This document shows positions 1 through 8,575 of a DNA stretch of 56,018 bases, in pieces (positions within the stretch are counted from its first letter, which is position 1; each line of letters begins with the position of its first letter). A model generated the notes under the pieces. It did not search any database. It was not told the DNA's origin and was given only the letters and a program-made list of their open reading frames with translations. A program made the translations under genes and the position numbers. This DNA comes from Chloroflexota bacterium (GTDB lineage: Bacteria; Chloroflexota; Anaerolineae; Anaerolineales; UBA4823), in contig CP070764.1 in the NCBI GenBank assembly GCA_020349245.1, positions 777,446 through 833,463 on the forward strand. Reading direction: 5' to 3'.

Positions 1-2
1 CC

Positions 3-464
3 GATCCGGCTGAAGCACAGGTTGTGATCGATATGGAAAATGCATTCAGCGCACTGGATGCCATCGGTTGTTGTAAATTCATGGGTATGGGTCTAACCTC
101 CCAAGACATGGTCGACCTCTTGGCCCTTGCCACTGGTTGGGATATAGACATTGAGGAATACCTGACTTGCGGGGAGCGCAATTATAATCTTGCCCGGGCT
201 TTCTGCATCCGGGAAGGGATCACGCGGGAGATGGATATCTTACCTGACCGCTTGATGCAGGATCCGTTGCCCTCCGGACCTGCGGAGGACATGCTGATTG
301 ACCGAGAATCGCTGGAAGCATTGAAAGACGCCTATTATGAATTTCGCGGATGGGACAAGACAACCGGAGCACCCACCCCCAAAAAATTATTTCAACTTGG
401 ATTGGAAGATCTGATCCCCGATCTCCAGGAAGTACCCCTCGCAAAATCAGGATTAAAGTATTGA
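3..464 (+). CDS. Aldehyde:ferredoxin oxidoreductase (tungstopterin AOR family), C-terminal part; 5' end lies outside the window
   Basis: Frame open from the window start. AOR C-terminal motifs DAIGCCKF, GERNYNLARAF..REG, D.LP.R, and YYEFRGWD..TG.PT...L..LGL. Confidence 0.9.
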   Translation, partial: DPAEAQVVIDMENAFSALDAIGCCKFMGMGLTSQDMVDLLALATGWDIDIEEYLTCGERNYNLARAFCIREGITREMDILPDRLMQDPLPSGPAEDMLIDRESLEALKDAYYEFRGWDKTTGAPTPKKLFQLGLEDLIPDLQEVPLAKSGLKY

Positions 465-1298
465 ATTATCCGCTTTTTTAAGCAGTTCCTGTACGGCTCG
501 CAATTGGGATTTCGAGAGACCCAGCGTCAGCTCGGTCTCTTCATCTTCCCTGATAATCCGCCGGCCAAGACCGGAATAGCGCCACATTTTCAGGTCCTCT
601 TCCATAGGAGAACCGATGATATCCTCGCGTACGATATGCCCGTCCTCCATGACGAGCACCCGGTTGGTTTGCCGCGCCACCGATTGATCGTGGGTGACGA
701 CGATGAAGGTTGTCCTCTGACTCTGATTCAGGTCCCGCAGCAGCCCCATCAGCGCCTGCCCGGCGGAACTGTCCAGGCTGCCTGTCGGCTCGTCGGCCAG
801 CACCAGCAGAGGTTTGTTCGCCAGCGAGCGGGCGACAGCCACCCTCTGACGCTGCCCACCCGATAATTGGTTCGGTAGATGGTCCATTCGGTCAGCAAGA
901 CCAACCAATTCCAACAATTCTCTTGAACGTTTTCGCCGTTCCGACATCCCCAGGTGCCCCATCATGGGTACTTCAACATTTTCCTTGGCGGTAAGCGTTG
1001 GTATCAAATTGTGCAGCTGGAACATAAAGCCTACGGTTTTTGCCCGGAACTGATCCTTGTTTTGGATCTGGGCCAGGTCCTCTCCATCAATCAGGACCTG
1101 CCCACTGGTGGGTTTATCCAGTGCGCCGATCATATTCAGCAAAGTGCTTTTCCCGCTCCCGCTTGGACCCATCACTGTGACCAACTCCCCTACTGCGACT
1201 TTCAAATTAACCTCGTCCAAGGCGCGGATCTCTTCACCATCCCCATAGATGCGGGTTAAATTTATGGTTTCAACCAGGAATTCAGAGGCTGCATTCAT
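453..1298 (-). CDS. ABC transporter ATP-binding protein (LolD/MacB type)
   Basis: Walker A GPSGSGKS, signature LSGGQRQR, Walker B LVLADEPTG, H-loop VTHD. Start set at MNAASEF (ATG 1298) because a GGAG lies upstream. Confidence 0.95.
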   Translation of the reverse strand: MNAASEFLVETINLTRIYGDGEEIRALDEVNLKVAVGELVTVMGPSGSGKSTLLNMIGALDKPTSGQVLIDGEDLAQIQNKDQFRAKTVGFMFQLHNLIPTLTAKENVEVPMMGHLGMSERRKRSRELLELVGLADRMDHLPNQLSGGQRQRVAVARSLANKPLLVLADEPTGSLDSSAGQALMGLLRDLNQSQRTTFIVVTHDQSVARQTNRVLVMEDGHIVREDIIGSPMEEDLKMWRYSGLGRRIIREDEETELTLGLSKSQLRAVQELLKKADNSIL

Positions 1299-1317
1299 AT
1301 GGCTCGCTCCAATTTGC

Positions 1318-2652
1318 TTATTCACCGACTTCAATATCCACAAATGCGGTCATTCCCCAGCGCAGCTGATCCGGAATCTCATCCAGCTCGATGGTCACCG
1401 GATAGTTCACACCGGCGCCTTCAGTAGCCTTCGGAGCGATCCGCGTTACCACACCGCCGACGACGACATCTGGTAACGCATCAAAAGTGATAATTGCGCT
1501 GTCGCCAATTTTCACCTGGGCGAGATCGATCTCCGAGAGATCGGTTGTTTCCACCTGCAGGTGGTTGATATCCGCCAGAAGCAGCACGGGCTGACCGACG
1601 TTCACCCACTCGCTCGGGTGAACAAATATTTCACTCACATTGCCCTCGAAAGGCGCAAGCAATTCAAGATCATTCAGCGCAGACTCGGCAGCATCCAGCT
1701 GCGCCTGGGCGTTTGCCAAACGGGCCTCTGCCACCGCGAGATCGTCAGGGTCGGGTCCCTGGCTGTACACCTCGTATTCCCGCTGGGCGATATTAATTTG
1801 CGCTTGCAGCAGCTCGACATCCCCCCGGTCGGGACCTTGTTGAGCCCGTTCATATTCCCGCCGGGCATCCAGCAGGCGCGCCTGTGCGGAGGCCAGCTCA
1901 GCTTCTGCAACGGCAATGTCCAGCTCATTGCCGCTGCTCAACAGGGCGTTGAGCTTTCTCACTGCAGCATCATAGGCTTGCTGGGCATTCGCCTGGCGAG
2001 CCAGCAAATTTGCTCTAACCAGATTCTCCTCGCTCTTGCTGGCATACGGCTCAAAATCTTCGTTGGCCTTGTCCAGGGCATCCCTTGCTAAGACGACCTG
2101 GGCTTTGGCTGCATCGATATCTGCCTGGTCCGCAGTTGAAGCCAAAATACGTAAACGCCTCTCCGCGCTGTCAACTGCCTTTTCGGCATCAGCGATAGCC
2201 TGCAGGGCATTTGCTTCCCGCATCTCAGAACTAAGCAGGTCTTCCAGTGCTTTCTGCGAACTATCCAGTTCCTGGAGGGCCTGTGCAGCCAGCAGCTCCG
2301 TGTTCTTGTTCAGCTCATTCAGCGAAAGCCGGGCGCTGGCCAGCTCCAGCTGGGCAGCCGCGAGTGCTGCCAAGAGCTGTTCTTTTCCCTCCAGGCGGAT
2401 CAAAACCTGATCTACGCTGACCAAAACATCCTCGCTGACCAGGACCTCCTCCACCACCCCGGGGATCGTCATGCTCAGGGTTGCCCAATCGACAGGGATA
2501 ACAACACCCGTTGCACTGACAATCGGCGAAAAATCACTTGCGGACGTCGCAACTTCTGGCTCTGGTGTTTCCGCAGGTGAAAAGCTGCTGCAGGCTGTAA
2601 CCATAACTAAAACGATCAGGATAAACAGCAGATTTGGGCGTATTTTCTTCAT
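1318..2652 (-). CDS. Efflux periplasmic adaptor / membrane fusion protein (HlyD/MacA-like), probable lipoprotein
   Basis: Signal peptide with lipobox VTAC, lipoyl half-motifs (PGVVEEVLVSE; APFEGNVSEI), long Ala/Glu/Gln coiled coil, C-terminal LRWGMTAFV. Confidence 0.9.
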   Translation of the reverse strand: MKKIRPNLLFILIVLVMVTACSSFSPAETPEPEVATSASDFSPIVSATGVVIPVDWATLSMTIPGVVEEVLVSEDVLVSVDQVLIRLEGKEQLLAALAAAQLELASARLSLNELNKNTELLAAQALQELDSSQKALEDLLSSEMREANALQAIADAEKAVDSAERRLRILASTADQADIDAAKAQVVLARDALDKANEDFEPYASKSEENLVRANLLARQANAQQAYDAAVRKLNALLSSGNELDIAVAEAELASAQARLLDARREYERAQQGPDRGDVELLQAQINIAQREYEVYSQGPDPDDLAVAEARLANAQAQLDAAESALNDLELLAPFEGNVSEIFVHPSEWVNVGQPVLLLADINHLQVETTDLSEIDLAQVKIGDSAIITFDALPDVVVGGVVTRIAPKATEGAGVNYPVTIELDEIPDQLRWGMTAFVDIEVGE

Positions 2653-2714
2653 ATCAGCTTTTCCTTTCCCATCGGGTCCAAGCATCAATTCTCATGCAGT
2701 CTGCAAATTTCAAA

Positions 2715-4958
2715 TTATTCATATCGCAGGGCTTCAACCGGCTGCAGTCGAGTTGCCCGGTAGGCTGGATAAAGACCACCAAGTACACCGAGCAGCAGAG
2801 CTACCGAGAAAGCCCGTACAAAAATAACTAAATCCCAGTTTGGAGAAAGGATCGAACCGTACATCGGGATCAAATGAAACAAAAAAGTGAGGCCAAAAGC
2901 TATCCCAATGCCAAACAAGCCTCCCACTAAACCGAGCACGATGGATTCATTCATAATTAATCCCAAAACTCGCCTGCGCCGCCAACCGAGGGAGCGCAGG
3001 ACTCCTATCTCCCGGGTGCGCTCAAGAACCGACATCAACATCGTATTCAGCACGCCCACACCTCCCACACCAATCGCTAGCAAGGAGATCGCGGCAATCA
3101 GACCATCCACGGTTTGCATATCAGGCATCTGCTCAACGAATTCACCGCTGAGACTGGCATGAACATCCGAGAACGAAGCGTTGATCCGGATTACGATCTC
3201 TTCCGCCTGTGAGGGTTGATCAACTTTCACCAGGTACATAGTGACTTTGCGCGGCCTGCCCATGTAAGCCTGGGCATCCCGCAGGGATATCACCCCGCCC
3301 ATCTCCTCCCAGGCAGCCCCCGATTCATAAATTCCCACCACCTTGAAGCGACTGCCGCCCACCTCGATTGTGTCCCCCACTGATTTGCTGAGCGAATCAG
3401 CCATCATCCGCCCCAGCAGCATCTGATGATTGCTGGTCAGGGACTCCCCTTCCACGATATTGAACTGCTGGATGCTGTATTCATGCGGCGCATACCCGAA
3501 GATAATAAAGATCGCCCCGGAGTCAGGCAGGATAGTGCCGGTAAATCCCAGCCCGCTCACATGGGCGACTCCCGGGAAGGCGGCGATCTTCTCCCCGATG
3601 CGCTCATCCAGCGCACTGAACTCTGTATCTGCCACTCCGGATTGGCGTACGATGATCTCTGCATCTCCACCCATGGCAACGATCACATCCGTGAAACCCC
3701 CAATGAGACCCTCCAAGGCCATGATGCCGCCCACCGTGATACCGATCACACCCAATGTCAGCAGCGTGCGAGTCGTCCGCTGCCACAAATTTTGGACTGT
3801 CATACCGCCTAACGGCAGGCGATGCACCTCACTTCCAGATGTACCCCCTTCATAGCGCAAAGCTTCCACGGGTTGCAGCCTGGATGCCCGCCAGGCAGGA
3901 TAAAAGCCACCAACCAATCCCAACACCATCACGGTAATAAAAGCCTGCAACAGTATGCCCATATTGATATTTGCTGCCGAGGCACCGAAAAAACCAACCA
4001 CATTCGAAAACACCATCAGCAGCAGCCACCCCAAGAGTACGCCTACCAGTCCTCCCAGGAAGCTGACCAGCAGGGATTCGCTCATGATCATGCCCAATAT
4101 ACGCTTGCTGCTCCAGCCCGTCGCCCGCAACACGCCAATTTCCCTGGTCCGTTCTATGACCGACATCAGCTGCGCGTTCATCATGCTCACCCCGCCAATC
4201 AGGATAGCCAGGCCGGCAATCCCCCAGACAAAAGCCTGGATATAATCTCCCATGAGCTGTTTATCAGCAAATTCATCGGTCCCGCTGAGGGATAGATTTG
4301 GCCACAAACGAGAGACCCGCCGCTCAAGCCTGTCCCGCATCCCCACATCTTTGAGCTGGATATAGAAGACACTGACCTGCCTGGGCTTGCCCAGCACGTC
4401 TTGCGCATCCCGCAGCAATATCACCGCGCCATTGTCTTCTAAGGTCGCACCGGTTTCGTAGATTCCCACCACCCGGAATACACTCTCCATGATGCGAATT
4501 GAATCCCCGGGGTTCTTATTCAGCACCTCGGCTGCCGAAGCCCCCAGGATGAGCGGCTTTCCATGGGCTTGCTTCGCCTCTCGGGAGGCCAGATCTCCCC
4601 CTTCTACGATTCGAAAGCGGCTGAGCACAAAACTATCAGCGGGATATCCATACACAAAGAAATAGGGCACATTTTCCGTGGGCACAAACCCCTGCAGCAT
4701 CCCGCTCACGGAGGTAATCTCCGGCATGGCAGCCAATTGACCGGCAATACTCTCGTCCACTGAAGTGGTGGTTAAATCAACTGCGTCCGGCTGGCTGAGA
4801 ATCAAGTCTGCCTTGCTGCCGGTTAGGATCGAATCGTATCCCACCTTCAAGCCAGCTGCCAAGGCACCTAAACCGACGATCGCAGCCACACCGATACCGA
4901 TCCCGATTACGGTCAGTATGGTTCGTCCTTTTTGCCGGAAGAGGTTCTTAAATATCAT
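2715..4958 (-). CDS. ABC transporter permease, tandem-duplicated MacB/FtsX type
   Basis: Two repeats of MacB periplasmic domain plus FtsX TM module. SV.ERTREIGVLR..GW and YPA.RA.RLQPVEALRYE each occur twice. Confidence 0.92.
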   Translation of the reverse strand: MIFKNLFRQKGRTILTVIGIGIGVAAIVGLGALAAGLKVGYDSILTGSKADLILSQPDAVDLTTTSVDESIAGQLAAMPEITSVSGMLQGFVPTENVPYFFVYGYPADSFVLSRFRIVEGGDLASREAKQAHGKPLILGASAAEVLNKNPGDSIRIMESVFRVVGIYETGATLEDNGAVILLRDAQDVLGKPRQVSVFYIQLKDVGMRDRLERRVSRLWPNLSLSGTDEFADKQLMGDYIQAFVWGIAGLAILIGGVSMMNAQLMSVIERTREIGVLRATGWSSKRILGMIMSESLLVSFLGGLVGVLLGWLLLMVFSNVVGFFGASAANINMGILLQAFITVMVLGLVGGFYPAWRASRLQPVEALRYEGGTSGSEVHRLPLGGMTVQNLWQRTTRTLLTLGVIGITVGGIMALEGLIGGFTDVIVAMGGDAEIIVRQSGVADTEFSALDERIGEKIAAFPGVAHVSGLGFTGTILPDSGAIFIIFGYAPHEYSIQQFNIVEGESLTSNHQMLLGRMMADSLSKSVGDTIEVGGSRFKVVGIYESGAAWEEMGGVISLRDAQAYMGRPRKVTMYLVKVDQPSQAEEIVIRINASFSDVHASLSGEFVEQMPDMQTVDGLIAAISLLAIGVGGVGVLNTMLMSVLERTREIGVLRSLGWRRRRVLGLIMNESIVLGLVGGLFGIGIAFGLTFLFHLIPMYGSILSPNWDLVIFVRAFSVALLLGVLGGLYPAYRATRLQPVEALRYE

Positions 4959-5015
4959 CGCCCGATTTCACCAAGAATGATTCGTCCGCAGCTAAATGAT
5001 CTCCCTCAATATTTT

Positions 5016-5050
5016 GACCAATCTAAATTTTATCATAGACAAATCTAAAT
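5016..5050 (-). promoter_or_regulatory. Putative promoter of the efflux operon: extended -10 (TGATAAAAT) flanked by a 13-bp direct repeat
   Basis: GACCAATCTAAAT (5016-5028) and GACAAATCTAAAT (5038-5050), period 22 bp. Minus-strand TG-A-TAAAAT lies between them, about 70 bp upstream of the permease start. Confidence 0.4.
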
Positions 5051-5446
5051 ACACAGGTTCCTCTCAACACTTACCGGTGACCGGGTACAAAAAACCATAC
5101 CGCAAAACATCCTCCAGCAGTTAAAAATATTCACCAAATCACGCTCAGGATTTGGTTCCTGGGCAGATCTACGAACAAATTATCCCTAATGGAACTTTGA
5201 ATTTTTTGCCAACTTTCTTGAAATAAAACGATTCCTGACCTCTCGTATCTAATCCTTTCCACGTGATGAGATCCAGGGGGCGATGAACAATCGCAAAATT
5301 AAATGTATAATGAATTTTACCTGTGGCGCAAAAAAACAAGGGAACGCCTGGGGACCGTGATGGCAACACCGCTTCCACTTTGCTGCTTCTCCAAGCTTTG
5401 ATTACGGTCATCAATCCAGGAACACCTTTCACGCTTTTGGGGTGCA

Positions 5447-7132
5447 ATGAACTACGCAGAAAAGCCTTGGCTGAAGAGCTACAAATTGGGGCCATACAAA
5501 CTGGAGCAGAGTCTGGCACCTTATCCACTTGAACCAGTATACAAAATACTCGATCAAGGGGCAGAAAATCACCCTGGTCAGACAGCGATCTTCTACCTTG
5601 GCAGGAGTATAAACTACAGCCAATTGAAAAGGCGCGTCGACAAATTGGCCGGAGCACTGGCCAGGCTTGGGGTGGAAAAAGGCGACCGGGTATGTGTCTA
5701 CCTGCCGAATTGTCCAGAATTTATCATCAGCGATTGGGCTATCCAGAAAGCCGGCGCGGCAATCGTCCCCACCAGCATCCTGCGCACGGCAGAGGGTCTG
5801 CTGCACGAGGCCAGCAGTTCAAATAGCAAGGTCATCATTTGTCAGGAAAGGAACCTGGACCTCGTCCTGGGCGTAAAGGATCAATGCGATCTTGCAGAGG
5901 TCATTGTCACCTCGAATAATGGTTATGATCTCGAAGCTGTATCCGGCAGCTTGCCAAAGCATGGGCATGATTTCCGGGAACTCATAAACGAAACCGATCC
6001 AATCCCCCCGCAAGTGGAGATCGATCCCCAGGAAGACCTCTGCGAATTATCCTTCACTGGCGGTGCAACCGGGACACCCAAAGGGGTCATGATCACCCAT
6101 GCCAACCGTCTGAGCTGCATCCACCAGAGCCTGCCCTGGGTGCTGAAACCCCTGATCCATGGTTTCGCGGGTAAAGCCTCGGTGTTGATCGCCATCCCCC
6201 TCTTCCATTCCTACGGTCACTTCACCCAGCAATCTTCCGCCCTGCTGGGGCTGCGCATCCTGTTGCTGCCCGATCCCAGGGATTCAAACCTGATGATCGA
6301 GTATATAGAGAAATACCGACCTCTGTTTATCCCGGCAGTTCCCACGCAGCTGATGCGCATCGCGGATGCAGAGCTCAGCCGCATGAACTCCCTGCTGTGG
6401 AGCGGCGCAGCCCCCTTGCCGATCGAGGTTGGGCAGGCGATCAAGCGCAAAATCGGTATGCCGGTTTCACAGGCCTACGGATTGACGGAAACCTCGCCGG
6501 TGACTCACTTCAACGTATCCTCCTTCTCCAAGATCACCGGCTTCATGGCCAAGGAGAAATTCGGGATCGGCATACCAACCCCGGATACGGAATGCCGACT
6601 GATCGATATCGATACCGGTGAAGATGTCCCTGCCGGCAAACCAGGGGAGATCGTGGTCCGCGGCCCACAGGTGATGAAAGGCTACTGGCCAAAACCCGGT
6701 TCCGGGCTCACCCCGGATGGATGGCTGCATACCGGGGATATCGGAACGATGGATGAAGACGGGTATTTCCAGGTTGTCGACCGCACCAAGGACATGGTCA
6801 ACGTCTCCGGTCTGAAAGTTTACACCAACACGGTAGATGAAGTACTCTATGAACACCCGGGGGTGCTGATGGCTGCTGCCTTCGGAGTGCCCGACCCGGA
6901 GAATCCTTCCAGTGAACGGGTCATGGCGGTGATCCAGCCGAAGAAAGATTACCGGGGAACCATCAGTGAGGCGGAAATCAGAGCATTCTGCCAGGAAAGA
7001 CTATCCCCGTACGCGGTGCCAAAATTCATCGAATTCCGGGACGACATGCCGCTCACGGTGACCGAGAAAGTTTACAAAAAAGCGCTGCGAGAAGAAGTTC
7101 TGCGCAGGATGGAAAAGGATCTTACCCGGTAA
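5447..7132 (+). CDS. Long-chain acyl-CoA ligase / AMP-binding enzyme (FadD-like)
   Basis: Adenylation motifs FTGGATGTPKG, QAYGLTETSP, GEIVVRGPQVMKGYW, WLHTGD, VDRTKDM. Confidence 0.92.
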   Translation: MNYAEKPWLKSYKLGPYKLEQSLAPYPLEPVYKILDQGAENHPGQTAIFYLGRSINYSQLKRRVDKLAGALARLGVEKGDRVCVYLPNCPEFIISDWAIQKAGAAIVPTSILRTAEGLLHEASSSNSKVIICQERNLDLVLGVKDQCDLAEVIVTSNNGYDLEAVSGSLPKHGHDFRELINETDPIPPQVEIDPQEDLCELSFTGGATGTPKGVMITHANRLSCIHQSLPWVLKPLIHGFAGKASVLIAIPLFHSYGHFTQQSSALLGLRILLLPDPRDSNLMIEYIEKYRPLFIPAVPTQLMRIADAELSRMNSLLWSGAAPLPIEVGQAIKRKIGMPVSQAYGLTETSPVTHFNVSSFSKITGFMAKEKFGIGIPTPDTECRLIDIDTGEDVPAGKPGEIVVRGPQVMKGYWPKPGSGLTPDGWLHTGDIGTMDEDGYFQVVDRTKDMVNVSGLKVYTNTVDEVLYEHPGVLMAAAFGVPDPENPSSERVMAVIQPKKDYRGTISEAEIRAFCQERLSPYAVPKFIEFRDDMPLTVTEKVYKKALREEVLRRMEKDLTR

Positions 7133-7197
7133 ATTAACCGAAGGCCGAGCTTGAAGAGAACCTAAACGAACCCATGTGTTGAAAGGGGAGTTCACCC

Positions 7198-7692
7198 ATG
7201 ACTACCTACCAGTACTGCACACCAGAATGGTTGGCCAATTCTTTAATCCTTTTTCGGGACAATCCAAAATATAAGAACGCTTTCCAGAAGCTGACCATGA
7301 AAGTAGCCTTCCGCATCCGTGCGGACCCGACTTTGGGTATCGATCGGGATATCCTCTTCGCTGGCTACGTTGACCAAGGGGAGATTACCAAGCTGGCCTT
7401 CATCTCGGAATCGGAAGCCCAGGAGGAAGCGGATTATATCCTCTCCGCGTCTCCCCAGCAGTGGACCAAGCTGCTGCGCAAAGAGAGCCTGTTTGCCGGT
7501 GATATCGCCCTGGGACGGATCGCTATCGAAAAAGGCAGCAAGCCCGGTGTAATCAAGATCGCCCCTTATTCGACCACCTTCGTCAACGCCCTGACCCAGA
7601 TCGATCTGCAATTCCCGGATGAGATGTCTCCCGAAGAAATGGAGATTTACCGGGAAAAGATCAACCAATTTCGCACCGAGCTGGGTGTTTGA
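7198..7692 (+). CDS. SCP2 (sterol/lipid carrier)-like domain protein
   Basis: N-terminal TPEW, ADYILSAS..QW..LL and GRIAIEKG pattern typical of SCP2-fold proteins; good RBS (GGGGAG); directly follows the acyl-CoA ligase. Confidence 0.6.
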   Translation: MTTYQYCTPEWLANSLILFRDNPKYKNAFQKLTMKVAFRIRADPTLGIDRDILFAGYVDQGEITKLAFISESEAQEEADYILSASPQQWTKLLRKESLFAGDIALGRIAIEKGSKPGVIKIAPYSTTFVNALTQIDLQFPDEMSPEEMEIYREKINQFRTELGV

Positions 7693-7711
7693 AGTTCATC
7701 GTGGTGCAAGC

Positions 7712-8002
7712 ATGCCGGTAAAAGTCAGGGGTTATCTCACTTATAAAGCTATCATCGGGAAACAGTCGATCACGGTTGAGAACGGAGAAACGCTGACCGT
7801 GATCGAACTATTCAACTTACTGGCGGGTGAACTCGGTCGGGAATTCAGGGAGGCAATATATGATCCGCAGACCAAGGCACTGGGAGAACAGGTGGCCGTG
7901 ATTATCAATGGGCGCAGCTACCACAACCTCCCGGATAAATTGGAGACGCACCTCAAGGATGGGGATGAGGTAGCCATTTTCCCGCCCATGGCAGGGGGGT
8001 AG
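7712..8002 (+). CDS. MoaD/ThiS family ubiquitin-like sulfur carrier
   Basis: 96 aa from MPVKVR; INGR, LKDGDEVAIFPPMAGG with terminal di-Gly. Confidence 0.92.
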   Translation: MPVKVRGYLTYKAIIGKQSITVENGETLTVIELFNLLAGELGREFREAIYDPQTKALGEQVAVIINGRSYHNLPDKLETHLKDGDEVAIFPPMAGG

Positions 8003-8036
8003 ATTTATACAAAACTTTGAATATCCACCATGCGTA

Positions 8037-8522
8037 CGCTTAACGTCATGGCCAGGAACGCAGTGACGAAGCAATCTAATTAATTAGCAGGGCAGAATCC
8101 ATACGTGCTGCCAACCTCGAGTAAACGCTTAACGTCATGGCCAGGAATGCAGTGCCGAGACAATCTAATTAATTAGCAGGGCAGGATCCATACGTGCTGC
8201 CAACCTCGATCGAGCGCTTAACGTCATTGCCAGGAACGCAGTGACGAAGCAATCTAATTAATTAGCAGGGCAGAATCCATACATGCTGCCAACCTCGATC
8301 GAGCGCGTAAAGTCATTGCCAGGAACGCAGTGACAAAGCAATCTAATTAATTAGCAGGCAGGAACCATACGTGCTGCCAACCTCGAATAAGCGCTTGACG
8401 TCATTGCGAGGAACTCAGTGACGAAACAATCTAATTAATTAGCAGGGCAGAATCCATACGTGCTGCCAACCTCGATTGAGCGCTTAACGTCATTGCCAGG
8501 AACGCAGTGACGAAGCAATCTA
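8037..8522. repeat. Tandem array of about 5.5 copies of an 88-89 bp palindrome-rich unit
   Basis: Units start at 8037, 8126, 8215, 8304, 8392 and 8481 (partial). Each carries GTCAT(T/G)GC-N7-GCAGTGAC-GAAGCAATC, the perfect palindrome CTAATTAATTAG and a GGCAG...CTGCC stem. A few substitutions per copy. Confidence 0.97.
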
Positions 8523-8575
8523 CATTATTTTCTCAAATTGCTTCAATCTCCCCCCTTACCAGTAAAAGATGTTTT

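Noticed and set aside
8037-8522. CRISPR array
   Set aside because: Units are near-identical over their whole length with only a 5-nt variable junction; there are no unique spacers and no cas genes in the window.
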